A stretch of 64,000 bases of DNA, taken from Candidatus Omnitrophota bacterium. Its GTDB lineage: Bacteria; Omnitrophota; Gorgyraeia; Velamenicoccales; JABMQK01. The translations under genes were made by a program, and so were the position numbers. Shown here piece after piece: positions 1-8,570 of the stretch. The DNA is taken from positions 838,032-902,031 of the forward strand of contig JAQTSV010000001.1 in the NCBI GenBank assembly GCA_028711115.1, given 5' to 3'. The notes below the pieces were generated by a model. That model was not told the origin of the DNA, did not search any database, and saw nothing but the letters and a program-made list of their open reading frames with translations. Numbering within the stretch: position 1 is the first letter of the stretch; the number at the start of each line of letters is the position of its first letter.

Positions 1-195
1 TCTGTTAAAAGATGTAATTATAAATATGCCCCATAACGTAAAAATAAAAGCATATTCTATAAAATACGGGAAGCTCTTTTCGATAAGCAGATTAGCTCTA
101 TATCTAATAATATAAGAAAGCAACAAGCAGATAGCAATTATCAGAATATCCACAAGAAGATAGAATGGGTAAATTTTCCGAGATGATTTAATCAT
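1..195 (-). CDS. 5' end of a membrane-protein gene running off the left edge. The N-terminus resembles those of WbaP-type phosphoglycosyl transferases or CapD/WbpM-type membrane dehydratases.
   Basis: Not in the ORF track. ATG at 195-193 overlaps the upstream stop (ATGATTAA), and the frame stays open to nt 1. My translation: MIKSSRKIYPFYLLVDILIIAICLLLSYIIRYRANLLIEKSFPYFIEYAFIFTLWGIFIITSFNR, which has two hydrophobic helices. Function is guessed from architecture only. Confidence 0.3.
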   Translation of the reverse strand, partial: MIKSSRKIYPFYLLVDILIIAICLLLSYIIRYRANLLIEKSFPYFIEYAFIFTLWGIFIITSFNR

Positions 196-1339
196 ACAAT
201 TTCCAATAGGTTAAAAAAGAGTTTAAGCTGCATAAAAAAAGGAAACTGGTATAAAAAATAACAAAACCGATAAATAAAGGTCTATATTTTCTAAAAGAAT
301 GAATGCCTTTTACAATAAAATAGAAAACAAAAGGAGCAAAAAACAGCGATGTCCTCGCGCCAGTAAAAGGATATTTTCTTAGCACGCCCAAGATAAATAA
401 CTCAGAGAATATGACCAGGCCCAGAGAATCCAAACCCCATAGTTTTAATTTATTTTCTCTGAGGGATTTAAGTCCATATACAAAAAGAGAGACTGCAAAG
501 AAAGGAATCAGCGGAGAAGCTGCCCTTCTGAAAAGAATGCTATTGCCGAACCACCAGACTACTAATTTTCTCAGCCCTTCTCCAAATGATTTCAAGAAAC
601 AATAAGGAGATTTTGTGCATAAGAAGTAGTCGTTCCAAAACGAAAAAGGAACTTTGGCGGATAAGGTGTACTTTATATCAAAATGATAAATGGAGAAAAT
701 AATCAAAAAAGCCAAGGAAACATAAATAATCAAAGGCGATAAAAGTTTGGGATTTCTTCTTATCATAAATAAAAAGTTGTAAATTGCTATCCAGAAGACA
801 AAAAAGCTGCTGTATGAGAATAACATGGCAAGCGGTAAAAGAACGGTTGCAATTATAAATTTTCTTGTCGGTGCTTTATAGATATATTCTTTTTGGTATA
901 TTAAATAGAGATAAAAAATCGCGATTGTAAATACATCCATAGAATAATGTTTAAATTCAGAAGCATAATAACTTAAATAATAACTGCTTACAAAAGAAAA
1001 TATCGCCAACAGAGAAATCCATTTGTCCGAGAATTCATTTCGGTAGATTCTTAGCCAAATGAGAAAACCAGAGATCATAACTACGAGCGGTAAAAATCTT
1101 AAAGAAAGGACATGGTAATTAAATCTTTGGGAGAGTTCTTTGATTAACATAAGATAAACCCTGGGAAAATATTGACAGTTATCAAGCGGCCCAAAAATCT
1201 GAATTGTTTTAATGTTCTTTATGCTTTCTAAAATAAGATTTTCGTCAAGCCACAGAGGCCTTAAGGAGAGATAATGCACAAGACATAGAAATATAAACCA
1301 TACCGCGCATCCCCAGATTAACAATTTATAAGTTTTCAC
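188..1339 (-). CDS. Polytopic membrane protein, GT-C-like (ArnT/PMT-type, polyprenyl-phosphate-sugar dependent) glycosyltransferase candidate
   Basis: 383 aa with about 10 hydrophobic segments. An acidic 'PLWLDE' motif follows TM1, where GT-C enzymes carry their catalytic D/E motif. The start codon is GTG. Confidence 0.45.
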   Translation of the reverse strand: MKTYKLLIWGCAVWFIFLCLVHYLSLRPLWLDENLILESIKNIKTIQIFGPLDNCQYFPRVYLMLIKELSQRFNYHVLSLRFLPLVVMISGFLIWLRIYRNEFSDKWISLLAIFSFVSSYYLSYYASEFKHYSMDVFTIAIFYLYLIYQKEYIYKAPTRKFIIATVLLPLAMLFSYSSFFVFWIAIYNFLFMIRRNPKLLSPLIIYVSLAFLIIFSIYHFDIKYTLSAKVPFSFWNDYFLCTKSPYCFLKSFGEGLRKLVVWWFGNSILFRRAASPLIPFFAVSLFVYGLKSLRENKLKLWGLDSLGLVIFSELFILGVLRKYPFTGARTSLFFAPFVFYFIVKGIHSFRKYRPLFIGFVIFYTSFLFLCSLNSFLTYWKLYD

Positions 1340-1345
1340 TCTTTA

Positions 1346-2422
1346 TTAAGGTAGAGAAGCCGATTTATTTGTAAATTTTCCCATAAAATAAACGATGGCA
1401 GAATTCCAGCACCAGCCAATTAGAAAAGCAAAAAGTGGCATTGCCCATACAAACTGTCTTGGTAAAAACCAATATTTATAAATAATACTGGAGAGCAAAA
1501 TTAACCCAATCGGCAACATAATCATTACGATAAAGAACATTATTTGTTTTAATCTTTCTTTATGCGGGATCAAAAAAGCAAAAATTAATCCAGCCAATAA
1601 GAAATACAGCTTCTTGAAACAAATAAGATTGCCGAATATGCCTTTGGCCATGGGGATGATTCCTCTATGTATGTATTCAAAGCTACCTTCGCTTGTCTGG
1701 GTAAAACTCTTTAAATATGATTTATCGCTGCCAAAGGCAAAATAGTACCATATCGGTAAAGCAATCAGCAGTGATACTCCATAGTATTTCAGATGTTTTG
1801 AGATAAAATATCTGATTGTGTTTTCTTTTCTCGAAAATAAAATATGGAACAAATAGGCAAAAAATATAATCAATGATCCATAGAGATGAAACAGAATAAC
1901 AGTAATGATGAATATTGAAATAAGTACTTTCATAATTCTCGAAGGAGATTCTTTTTCAAAAATATACTGCATTATAACAAATACTGCTATGCCTAAATTG
2001 GCTAAAACAGCATAAGGACGTATTTCAAATGCATGAGAAATCAGGTTATTATTCAGAGCGACAAGACTGAAAGCTATAATATATCCCCAGGTGGTTTTGA
2101 AATATTTGCCACATAGGATATAAAGAAGATAAAAGCCCAAAATGGTTATTATAATATGTGGAATTGCTAAGCCCCATTTGTTTTCTCCAAATAATTTATA
2201 AAAAGGGTAAACCAGCAGGACATCTCCTGGAAATTGCATAATTCTTCTTGCATCACTGATCGCATACCATAAAGATACTTTCATGGTGTTAATTTGGTAT
2301 GGTTCGTCCATAGATAATTCTTTATTGCTCCTATTTACAAACCTTAAATACATACCAAAAGAGACAATGAGTAGAACTATAACTAATCTCATAAAAGTAT
2401 GTTTTTTAGACATTAAAAACAC
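1346..2422 (-). CDS. Polytopic membrane protein, second GT-C-like glycosyltransferase candidate, tandem to 188-1339
   Basis: 358 aa and multi-TM, with 'ELSMDEPYQ' after TM1. The track start is GTG. An ATG at 2413 (MSKKHTF...) is an equally plausible start. Confidence 0.45.
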   Translation of the reverse strand: MFLMSKKHTFMRLVIVLLIVSFGMYLRFVNRSNKELSMDEPYQINTMKVSLWYAISDARRIMQFPGDVLLVYPFYKLFGENKWGLAIPHIIITILGFYLLYILCGKYFKTTWGYIIAFSLVALNNNLISHAFEIRPYAVLANLGIAVFVIMQYIFEKESPSRIMKVLISIFIITVILFHLYGSLIIFFAYLFHILFSRKENTIRYFISKHLKYYGVSLLIALPIWYYFAFGSDKSYLKSFTQTSEGSFEYIHRGIIPMAKGIFGNLICFKKLYFLLAGLIFAFLIPHKERLKQIMFFIVMIMLPIGLILLSSIIYKYWFLPRQFVWAMPLFAFLIGWCWNSAIVYFMGKFTNKSASLP

Positions 2423-2437
2423 CCACTCTGTTAAAAA

Positions 2438-3874
2438 CTAATAAGCCCCCCTGCCTATTAATACAACAGGTATGGTTTTGAACATAATGTATATGTCTAG
2501 CCAGAGAGACCAGTTATTAATATATTTTATGTCGTAATTTATTAGTTCTTGAAACGTAGTATCGCTTCTTCCTTCAATTTGCCACAGCCCGGTTATGCCG
2601 GGTTTTATTATTAATCTTTTCAATTGATTAAAATCATGATTTTCTACTTGCCCTAAAGGAAGCGGCCTGGGACCTACGATACTCATTTCTCCCTTTAAAA
2701 CATTCCATAGCTGTGGAAGTTCATCAAGACTATATTTTCTCAAGAACCTTCCTATCTTGCTAATTCTTGGATCGTCCTTTATTTTGAAAATAGGTCCGTC
2801 TTTTTCATTTTTATTTCTTAAAGTTTCCAACATGGAATCGGCATTAATATTCATCGTCCTGAATTTATATAAGTTGAATGGTTCTCCCTTTTTACCGTAA
2901 CGCCTGGAAACATAGAAAACTGAGCCCCCATCGCTTAGTTTTATAATAATACTTAAAATTATAAACAAGGGTGATAATAAAATTATGCCGAAGACAGATG
3001 CTATAATATCTATCGTTCTTTTTTCTAACAGATCAGCTCCGTGGAGTTCTTTTATAGAGTAACCGATAATCGGTATATTTCCTATTTTATCAACGCTGAG
3101 AGTTTCTACTGACAATTCTGACGGATCAGGGATTATTTTTATGCTTATATTTAACTCCTTGGCCAGGCCGAGCAGATACATCCTCATTTGTTTGTCTTCG
3201 GGAATTGTAATTAAAATTTCATCTATAAAATGCTGCCTGGCAATTCTTTCAAAGTCACTTATTCTGCCTAAAACTTTGTAACCGTAAAACAATTTGCCCT
3301 TTTCCTCGTTATCATCCAGGATCCCTTCTATTTTCCATCCTAAATGGGGATGGTTTTGTATTTCGGCAATTAATTCCTTCGTTACATTACCAGTGCCAAT
3401 GATTAAAATTTTAAAATTGTTATATCCCCTTAAAACAAAATGTCTTATGGTTATCCTTTTGACCGCTCTCCATAAACTAAGAAGAACGCATAGGGAAATA
3501 AAATTCAAAATAAATACTAAACGGGAAATATGGATAGCTTTTATGAAAAATACGACCAGCCCGGCAATTAAAGTGGAATATAGAACTGCCTTTATAACAA
3601 ACCACGTTTCTCTGGCCATGGAAAGCAATCTGTCTGTTTTATAAAGGCGCCTCTGGCTTAATGAAAGGATTGTTATTATTCCCCAAAATATATAGAGTTT
3701 AAAATATTGGTCCGGGGTAGGCAGGAATAATCTTGATGTATGCTCGCTTGTGTAAAGAATATTCCACCTGATTATATAAGGAAGGCAGAATGACAAAATG
3801 ATAAAGAATGCATCCGTGATGGTATACAGTGTATAAGCTGCTAGGTTTAGTTGTTTTTGTCTAAACATGGGCAT
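2438..3874 (-). CDS. Polyprenyl-phosphate sugar-phosphate transferase (WbaP/WcaJ-type bacterial sugar transferase), the initiating enzyme
   Basis: 478 aa with N-terminal TM helices and a central Rossmann-like region ('KILIIGTGN'). The C-terminal signature is 'DELPQLWNVLKGEMSIVGPRPLP ... GITGLWQ'. Confidence 0.85.
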   Translation of the reverse strand: MPMFRQKQLNLAAYTLYTITDAFFIILSFCLPYIIRWNILYTSEHTSRLFLPTPDQYFKLYIFWGIITILSLSQRRLYKTDRLLSMARETWFVIKAVLYSTLIAGLVVFFIKAIHISRLVFILNFISLCVLLSLWRAVKRITIRHFVLRGYNNFKILIIGTGNVTKELIAEIQNHPHLGWKIEGILDDNEEKGKLFYGYKVLGRISDFERIARQHFIDEILITIPEDKQMRMYLLGLAKELNISIKIIPDPSELSVETLSVDKIGNIPIIGYSIKELHGADLLEKRTIDIIASVFGIILLSPLFIILSIIIKLSDGGSVFYVSRRYGKKGEPFNLYKFRTMNINADSMLETLRNKNEKDGPIFKIKDDPRISKIGRFLRKYSLDELPQLWNVLKGEMSIVGPRPLPLGQVENHDFNQLKRLIIKPGITGLWQIEGRSDTTFQELINYDIKYINNWSLWLDIYIMFKTIPVVLIGRGAY

Positions 3875-5363
3875 TGTTTGTAATCTTTATGGCAATATGT
3901 TTAAATCTCTGGTTGTAGTACGGAGTGTTCAGGCTTTTATCCAGTTTCTTATTACTGTCGTTGATGAATTTATCCATCGACTCATTTTTTGCCCCGTCTT
4001 TCTTAAGATTAAATACTTTTTTAATAAGTTTTCCAAATTTATCTTTATGCCTTGGAAAGGCATAAAGATTGAGTATCCATCCGGCTATTTTATAGATAGT
4101 CTGAATTTCTCCTTTTTCGAAATGTTTAGATACTATCGGAGAGTCTGTCCTGTAATTCCTTAATTCTTTAAGCATATTATATTTAATTAATTTATTCCTT
4201 GAACAAAATTCATAAAGCTCAGTTTTTTCTATGGGATAATAAATAGAGAGCCAGAAATTATCCGGTTTTATTATACTGTTTAATTTAAATGTGCTATAGA
4301 GATTTTTTCTTGTTTCCGTAGGCAGGCCTATCATGTTAAAAGCCCATGTTTCCACTTTGTATTTATCACATATCCTAAAGGCATTGATTATGGTTTTATC
4401 CTTTATATTTCTGTTAAGGATTTGTTTCCTTATCCTGGGACTGCCGGATTCCACTCCGAATTTTACTATTCTCACACCCGCTTCTTTTAATTTCTTGCAC
4501 GTTTCTTCATCAAAAAGATCTACCCTGCATAGCACATTAAATTTAATTCCGTGTTTCTTAAATATATATTTTTTGTATTTATCGCAAAACTCGGAAAGGT
4601 ATTTTTTATTAAGATTGAAGGTATCATCATTAAAATTAAAGAAATCTATGCTGCCTTTATATTTGGCAATTATTTCTTTTAGGTTATCAATTACTATATC
4701 AATGGGCGCATGCCGTACATAATATTTATTTTTGTATATTTTGTGAATGTAGGCGCTTTGGCAATGTGAACAATTAAATGGGCATCCTCTAATTAGAGAA
4801 TAATCAAACCAGCCGTCTCTGCATTTTAATATTTTCTTCATTTCTTCAAAAACGCTGAAGTCGATAGGATATAAATTCTTTATATCCATCGGTGGCCTGA
4901 CTGGATTTTTTATCATTTTGCCGTTTTGCTTGAACCATATGTTCGGTATGTCGAAATAATTCTTGCCATTTTTATATTTATCTAGAAATTCTATAAACGC
5001 CTCCTCACCCTCACCCACGCAGACAAAATCGATAGATTTGTTTCTTAAGCATTTTTCTGGCATTACCGTAGGGCATGGCCCACCGTAAATTACAGGAATA
5101 TTGATTTTGCTCCTAAGGTAATCAGCTATTTTTATTACTACTTCGTATTGCGAATTAACGCTGGAAAATGCTATTATATCAGCAGAAAATTTGCATAAAT
5201 CCCTGTATATTCTTTTTGGGTCCAAAGGATATCCTAACTCATTGTTTATAATTATTAGCTTAACTTTATGACCGGCTTTATTTAACTGAGTTGCCAGAGA
5301 AGCAATGCCTACGGGTGCTACTGGCTGGCAATCTAAAATAGGATATATAAGTAATATTCTCAT
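3861..5363 (-). CDS. Cobalamin-binding-type (class B) radical SAM enzyme
   Basis: The N-terminus 'MRILLIYP...PVGIASLATQLNKAGHKVKLI' looks like a flavodoxin/B12 domain. It is followed by the CX3CX2C cluster 'RGCPFNCSHC'. Confidence 0.75.
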   Translation of the reverse strand: MRILLIYPILDCQPVAPVGIASLATQLNKAGHKVKLIIINNELGYPLDPKRIYRDLCKFSADIIAFSSVNSQYEVVIKIADYLRSKINIPVIYGGPCPTVMPEKCLRNKSIDFVCVGEGEEAFIEFLDKYKNGKNYFDIPNIWFKQNGKMIKNPVRPPMDIKNLYPIDFSVFEEMKKILKCRDGWFDYSLIRGCPFNCSHCQSAYIHKIYKNKYYVRHAPIDIVIDNLKEIIAKYKGSIDFFNFNDDTFNLNKKYLSEFCDKYKKYIFKKHGIKFNVLCRVDLFDEETCKKLKEAGVRIVKFGVESGSPRIRKQILNRNIKDKTIINAFRICDKYKVETWAFNMIGLPTETRKNLYSTFKLNSIIKPDNFWLSIYYPIEKTELYEFCSRNKLIKYNMLKELRNYRTDSPIVSKHFEKGEIQTIYKIAGWILNLYAFPRHKDKFGKLIKKVFNLKKDGAKNESMDKFINDSNKKLDKSLNTPYYNQRFKHIAIKITNNAHV

Positions 5364-6142
5364 CTTAACTCACGGCGCTTAAAAAATAAATGTGTTAGTC
5401 CTTGTTTTATCAATAAGATTATAAACATGGTATTATTAATTAAGTATCTTCTCCATAGCCTTTTGGGTTCCTGCAATAGTCTAAACAGCCATTCCAGTCC
5501 TGTATTTTGCATCCATACAGGAGCTTGTTTCTTATTCCCGGAGAAGAAATCAAAGGCAGCACCAACGCCTATTAATACGGGGCATCTGATGTGATCTCTA
5601 AACTCATACATCCATTTTTCCTGTTTGGGATAGCCTAAGCCAACCCAGATAATATCTGGTTTTAAACTGTTAATATTCTCGGTAATTGCTTGTTTTTCTG
5701 TTTTAGACAAGTCTCTAAACGGCGGAGAAAAATAACCAGTTATCTTTAGATTAGGATATTCTTTCTTAATTTTATTTATCATATTATTAAGGACTTTTTC
5801 GCTAGAACCGTAAAAATAATTTGCATAACCTTTTTTTTGGGAAAGCTCCAGAGTGTTTTTCATCAGATTAAGACCATACACCCTTTTTTTTAATTCAAGA
5901 CCTTTTAGCCTGCCCAACCAGACTAAAGGCATACCATCGCACACGGAAAGATCCGATTCATTTGCAATCTGTTTTAAATAAGGGTCTTTCTGTGCCTCTA
6001 CGACGCTATTTACATTAGTTACGCAGATATATTTTCCTGCTTGAGGATTAGGATGATTAATCCATTGTTCAATCTCTTTTATTACTTCAACGATTTCTAA
6101 CGCATCCAACTTTACATCCAAGACTTTGAAAGAATTAATCAA
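5360..6142 (-). CDS. WecG/TagA/CpsF-family (GT26) glycosyltransferase
   Basis: C-terminal family signature 'GVGAAFDFFSGNKKQAPVWMQNTGLEWLFRLLQEPKRLWRRYL'. Confidence 0.85.
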   Translation of the reverse strand: MINSFKVLDVKLDALEIVEVIKEIEQWINHPNPQAGKYICVTNVNSVVEAQKDPYLKQIANESDLSVCDGMPLVWLGRLKGLELKKRVYGLNLMKNTLELSQKKGYANYFYGSSEKVLNNMINKIKKEYPNLKITGYFSPPFRDLSKTEKQAITENINSLKPDIIWVGLGYPKQEKWMYEFRDHIRCPVLIGVGAAFDFFSGNKKQAPVWMQNTGLEWLFRLLQEPKRLWRRYLINNTMFIILLIKQGLTHLFFKRRELR

Positions 6143-6154
6143 TGCCGGCCCCTT

Positions 6155-7402
6155 TTAATTAGACAAGATTTGTTCATATTTTTGTTTGGCTGAACGGACA
6201 ATATTCTTCCAGTCATAATCTTGAGCAATCCTATTAGAAATTTGCCCTTTTTGTTTCAACTGTCCTGCTTCTACTAAACGAATAACCGCATCGCTGATTG
6301 ATTTTGGTTCATTGTTTTCTAAGGTGATGCCATTTTCATTATTTTTCACCAACCAAGGCTGGGCTGTGGTTATAATAGGCAAAAAACAAGCCATTGCTTC
6401 TAATGCGCTTATGCTCGATGCTAAAAAAGAAAGAGCAGATATATAAATATCTGAAATGCGATAAAATCCATACAGCTCTTCTTCCGGGATATTTTTAAAG
6501 TGAAAAACATCATTTTTGAGCCTGTTATCAGCAATTAATTTTAATATTTCTTTTTCCTGATATCCGCTGCCAATTATAATCAACTTAATATTAGGTAGTT
6601 TTCTTTTTATATCAATAAAGGCATGAATAACCTTATCCACTCCTTTATCTGCGGCTAATCGCGCAACTGTCAATAAAACCAAATCGTTTTCCATAATTCC
6701 AATGGCTTTTCTGGTAATTCTATTTTCACTTAATCTCGAGTTAATAAATGACATATCAATTCCAACAGGAGCTATATGGCATTTTTTGGGATTGATATTA
6801 TAAAGTTCAATAATTTCCCTACGGAATATTTCTTGTTCTGAAAATACTAAATCGGATTTAGTTAAACAATATTGTATAGGTTTGATTTTAAGAAAATATT
6901 GAAAAGGATATTTTAAAATCGTCATTTTACCAGCCTCAGGAGATATGGCTATTTTATTTCTTTTAATATTATCTATGTTATGCCCCCAAAATGAAGCTAA
7001 TTTCCAGATAGGGATAGAATTGCACATATAATTATCAGTAAAAATATGAGTAATTACTGGTTTTCGTTTTTTCCGTTTGAGATATTGATAACCGGTTATA
7101 TCAAAAGTATGCAATAAATCAAATTCTATATTTTTAAGATATTTGGCAAGATTTAAACTAAAAATATGAACACCTAACCAGCCGATAGGGTATTCTAAAT
7201 ACTGATATATCCTTGGAGCCAGTAATGTATATTTAATTCCTTCGTAAATTTCTGTTCTTGGTTTTCCTTTGTCTAAGGGAGCAACTATTTCTGTCTCTAC
7301 TCCTTCTTTAGCCAAAAATTTGGCGTAATTATACACATATTTTTGTATTCCGCCAAAGGGATGAAATGGGTGAACGCATTTTGCCGCCAAAATAATTTTC
7401 AT
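6155..7402 (-). CDS. GT-B glycosyltransferase (GT4-like)
   Basis: 415 aa. The N-terminus 'HPFGGIQKY' is typical of GT4. The C-terminal domain contains 'LLTVARLAADKGVD' and 'SISALEAMACFLPIITT'. Confidence 0.7.
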   Translation of the reverse strand: MKIILAAKCVHPFHPFGGIQKYVYNYAKFLAKEGVETEIVAPLDKGKPRTEIYEGIKYTLLAPRIYQYLEYPIGWLGVHIFSLNLAKYLKNIEFDLLHTFDITGYQYLKRKKRKPVITHIFTDNYMCNSIPIWKLASFWGHNIDNIKRNKIAISPEAGKMTILKYPFQYFLKIKPIQYCLTKSDLVFSEQEIFRREIIELYNINPKKCHIAPVGIDMSFINSRLSENRITRKAIGIMENDLVLLTVARLAADKGVDKVIHAFIDIKRKLPNIKLIIIGSGYQEKEILKLIADNRLKNDVFHFKNIPEEELYGFYRISDIYISALSFLASSISALEAMACFLPIITTAQPWLVKNNENGITLENNEPKSISDAVIRLVEAGQLKQKGQISNRIAQDYDWKNIVRSAKQKYEQILSN

Positions 7403-7404
7403 AA

Positions 7405-8544
7405 TTAACCTTTGGTTTTGTTAACTGCGTAATCGATTGCCTGCATGAAACAAAGATATGTTTGTTCAGGAGTGTATTCTTTTACTTTTTCTCTGCCTGC
7501 CTGAGCCATGGATCGCCATAATTTATCATCTGTTAATAGTTTTTCCATTGCCTTTCTTATTTCTTCGCTGTTTTTTTCAGGTATGATTATGCCGTTTATC
7601 CCGTCTTCTACCAATCCACCACCAGCAGCGCCAACGGCATTTGTAACAATAGCGGGGCACCCTTGGTTCATGGCTTCATTTACAACTAATCCCCATGGTT
7701 CTTTAAAATTATCAGTCGTAATAGATGGCAGTATAAAAATATCAGCTATAGCATAATAACGGAACAGTTCTTTATTATGCACGTATCCTAAGAAAATATA
7801 TTTTATCTTTGATGCCTTGCATTTTTCTTCCAAGGTATCTTTATATTCACCTTTGCCTATAAATAAAACGCTAATATTGGATAATTTTATTTTTGAAACA
7901 GCATCGACCAAATAATCCAATCCTTTACATTTATCTATTCTACCAACATATAATATTATTTTGTTGTTTTCTATGTTTAGTTTTCTTTTGAGATTATTTT
8001 TTTCTTCTACTGAGATGTATTTATCGAAACTAGAGTTATCCAGTGAATGCATAGCGCAGAATATCTTGTCTTCTTTTATACCAAGACTGACTAAATAGTT
8101 TTTAACATGTTTTCCGTATGTGATTATAGCATCAGAGTTTTTATAGATAAATTTAGTAAGCCAGTAAGTTAATTTATGCGTGAGTGTTTGAGGATGGTGC
8201 CATATTCCGGTCCAAAGTATTAAGGGTTTTCTCAGTATTCTGGATATGAAGAAAACACACAACAAAGCAAATCTATCGTCCATTGTTTTGATAAAAACGT
8301 CTGTTTTTTCAAAGAATAATACAAATAATCCCAAAGTTATTTTAATCTTCGGAAATAAAAAGAAGCCATTTAACTTTCGTGCCTTGAAATTGCCACTGCT
8401 AGATTCTTTATCTTTGCTTGACAGATAGTTTTCGTAACCGCCAGTAAATATAATTTCCGCGTCATATTTATCCGCTAATAATTCGAATAGCTTGATAACA
8501 TGGTGGTGGCAGATGTTTGTAATAAATTTTATTTTTAAACGCAT
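7405..8544 (-). CDS. GT-B glycosyltransferase (GT4-like)
   Basis: EX7E motif 'EPWGLVVNEAMNQGCPAIVT', plus 'ILYVGRIDKCKGLDYL'. Confidence 0.75.
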   Translation of the reverse strand: MRLKIKFITNICHHHVIKLFELLADKYDAEIIFTGGYENYLSSKDKESSSGNFKARKLNGFFLFPKIKITLGLFVLFFEKTDVFIKTMDDRFALLCVFFISRILRKPLILWTGIWHHPQTLTHKLTYWLTKFIYKNSDAIITYGKHVKNYLVSLGIKEDKIFCAMHSLDNSSFDKYISVEEKNNLKRKLNIENNKIILYVGRIDKCKGLDYLVDAVSKIKLSNISVLFIGKGEYKDTLEEKCKASKIKYIFLGYVHNKELFRYYAIADIFILPSITTDNFKEPWGLVVNEAMNQGCPAIVTNAVGAAGGGLVEDGINGIIIPEKNSEEIRKAMEKLLTDDKLWRSMAQAGREKVKEYTPEQTYLCFMQAIDYAVNKTKG

Positions 8545-8570
8545 TTTTATTTAAGCCAGCCTAACTCACC

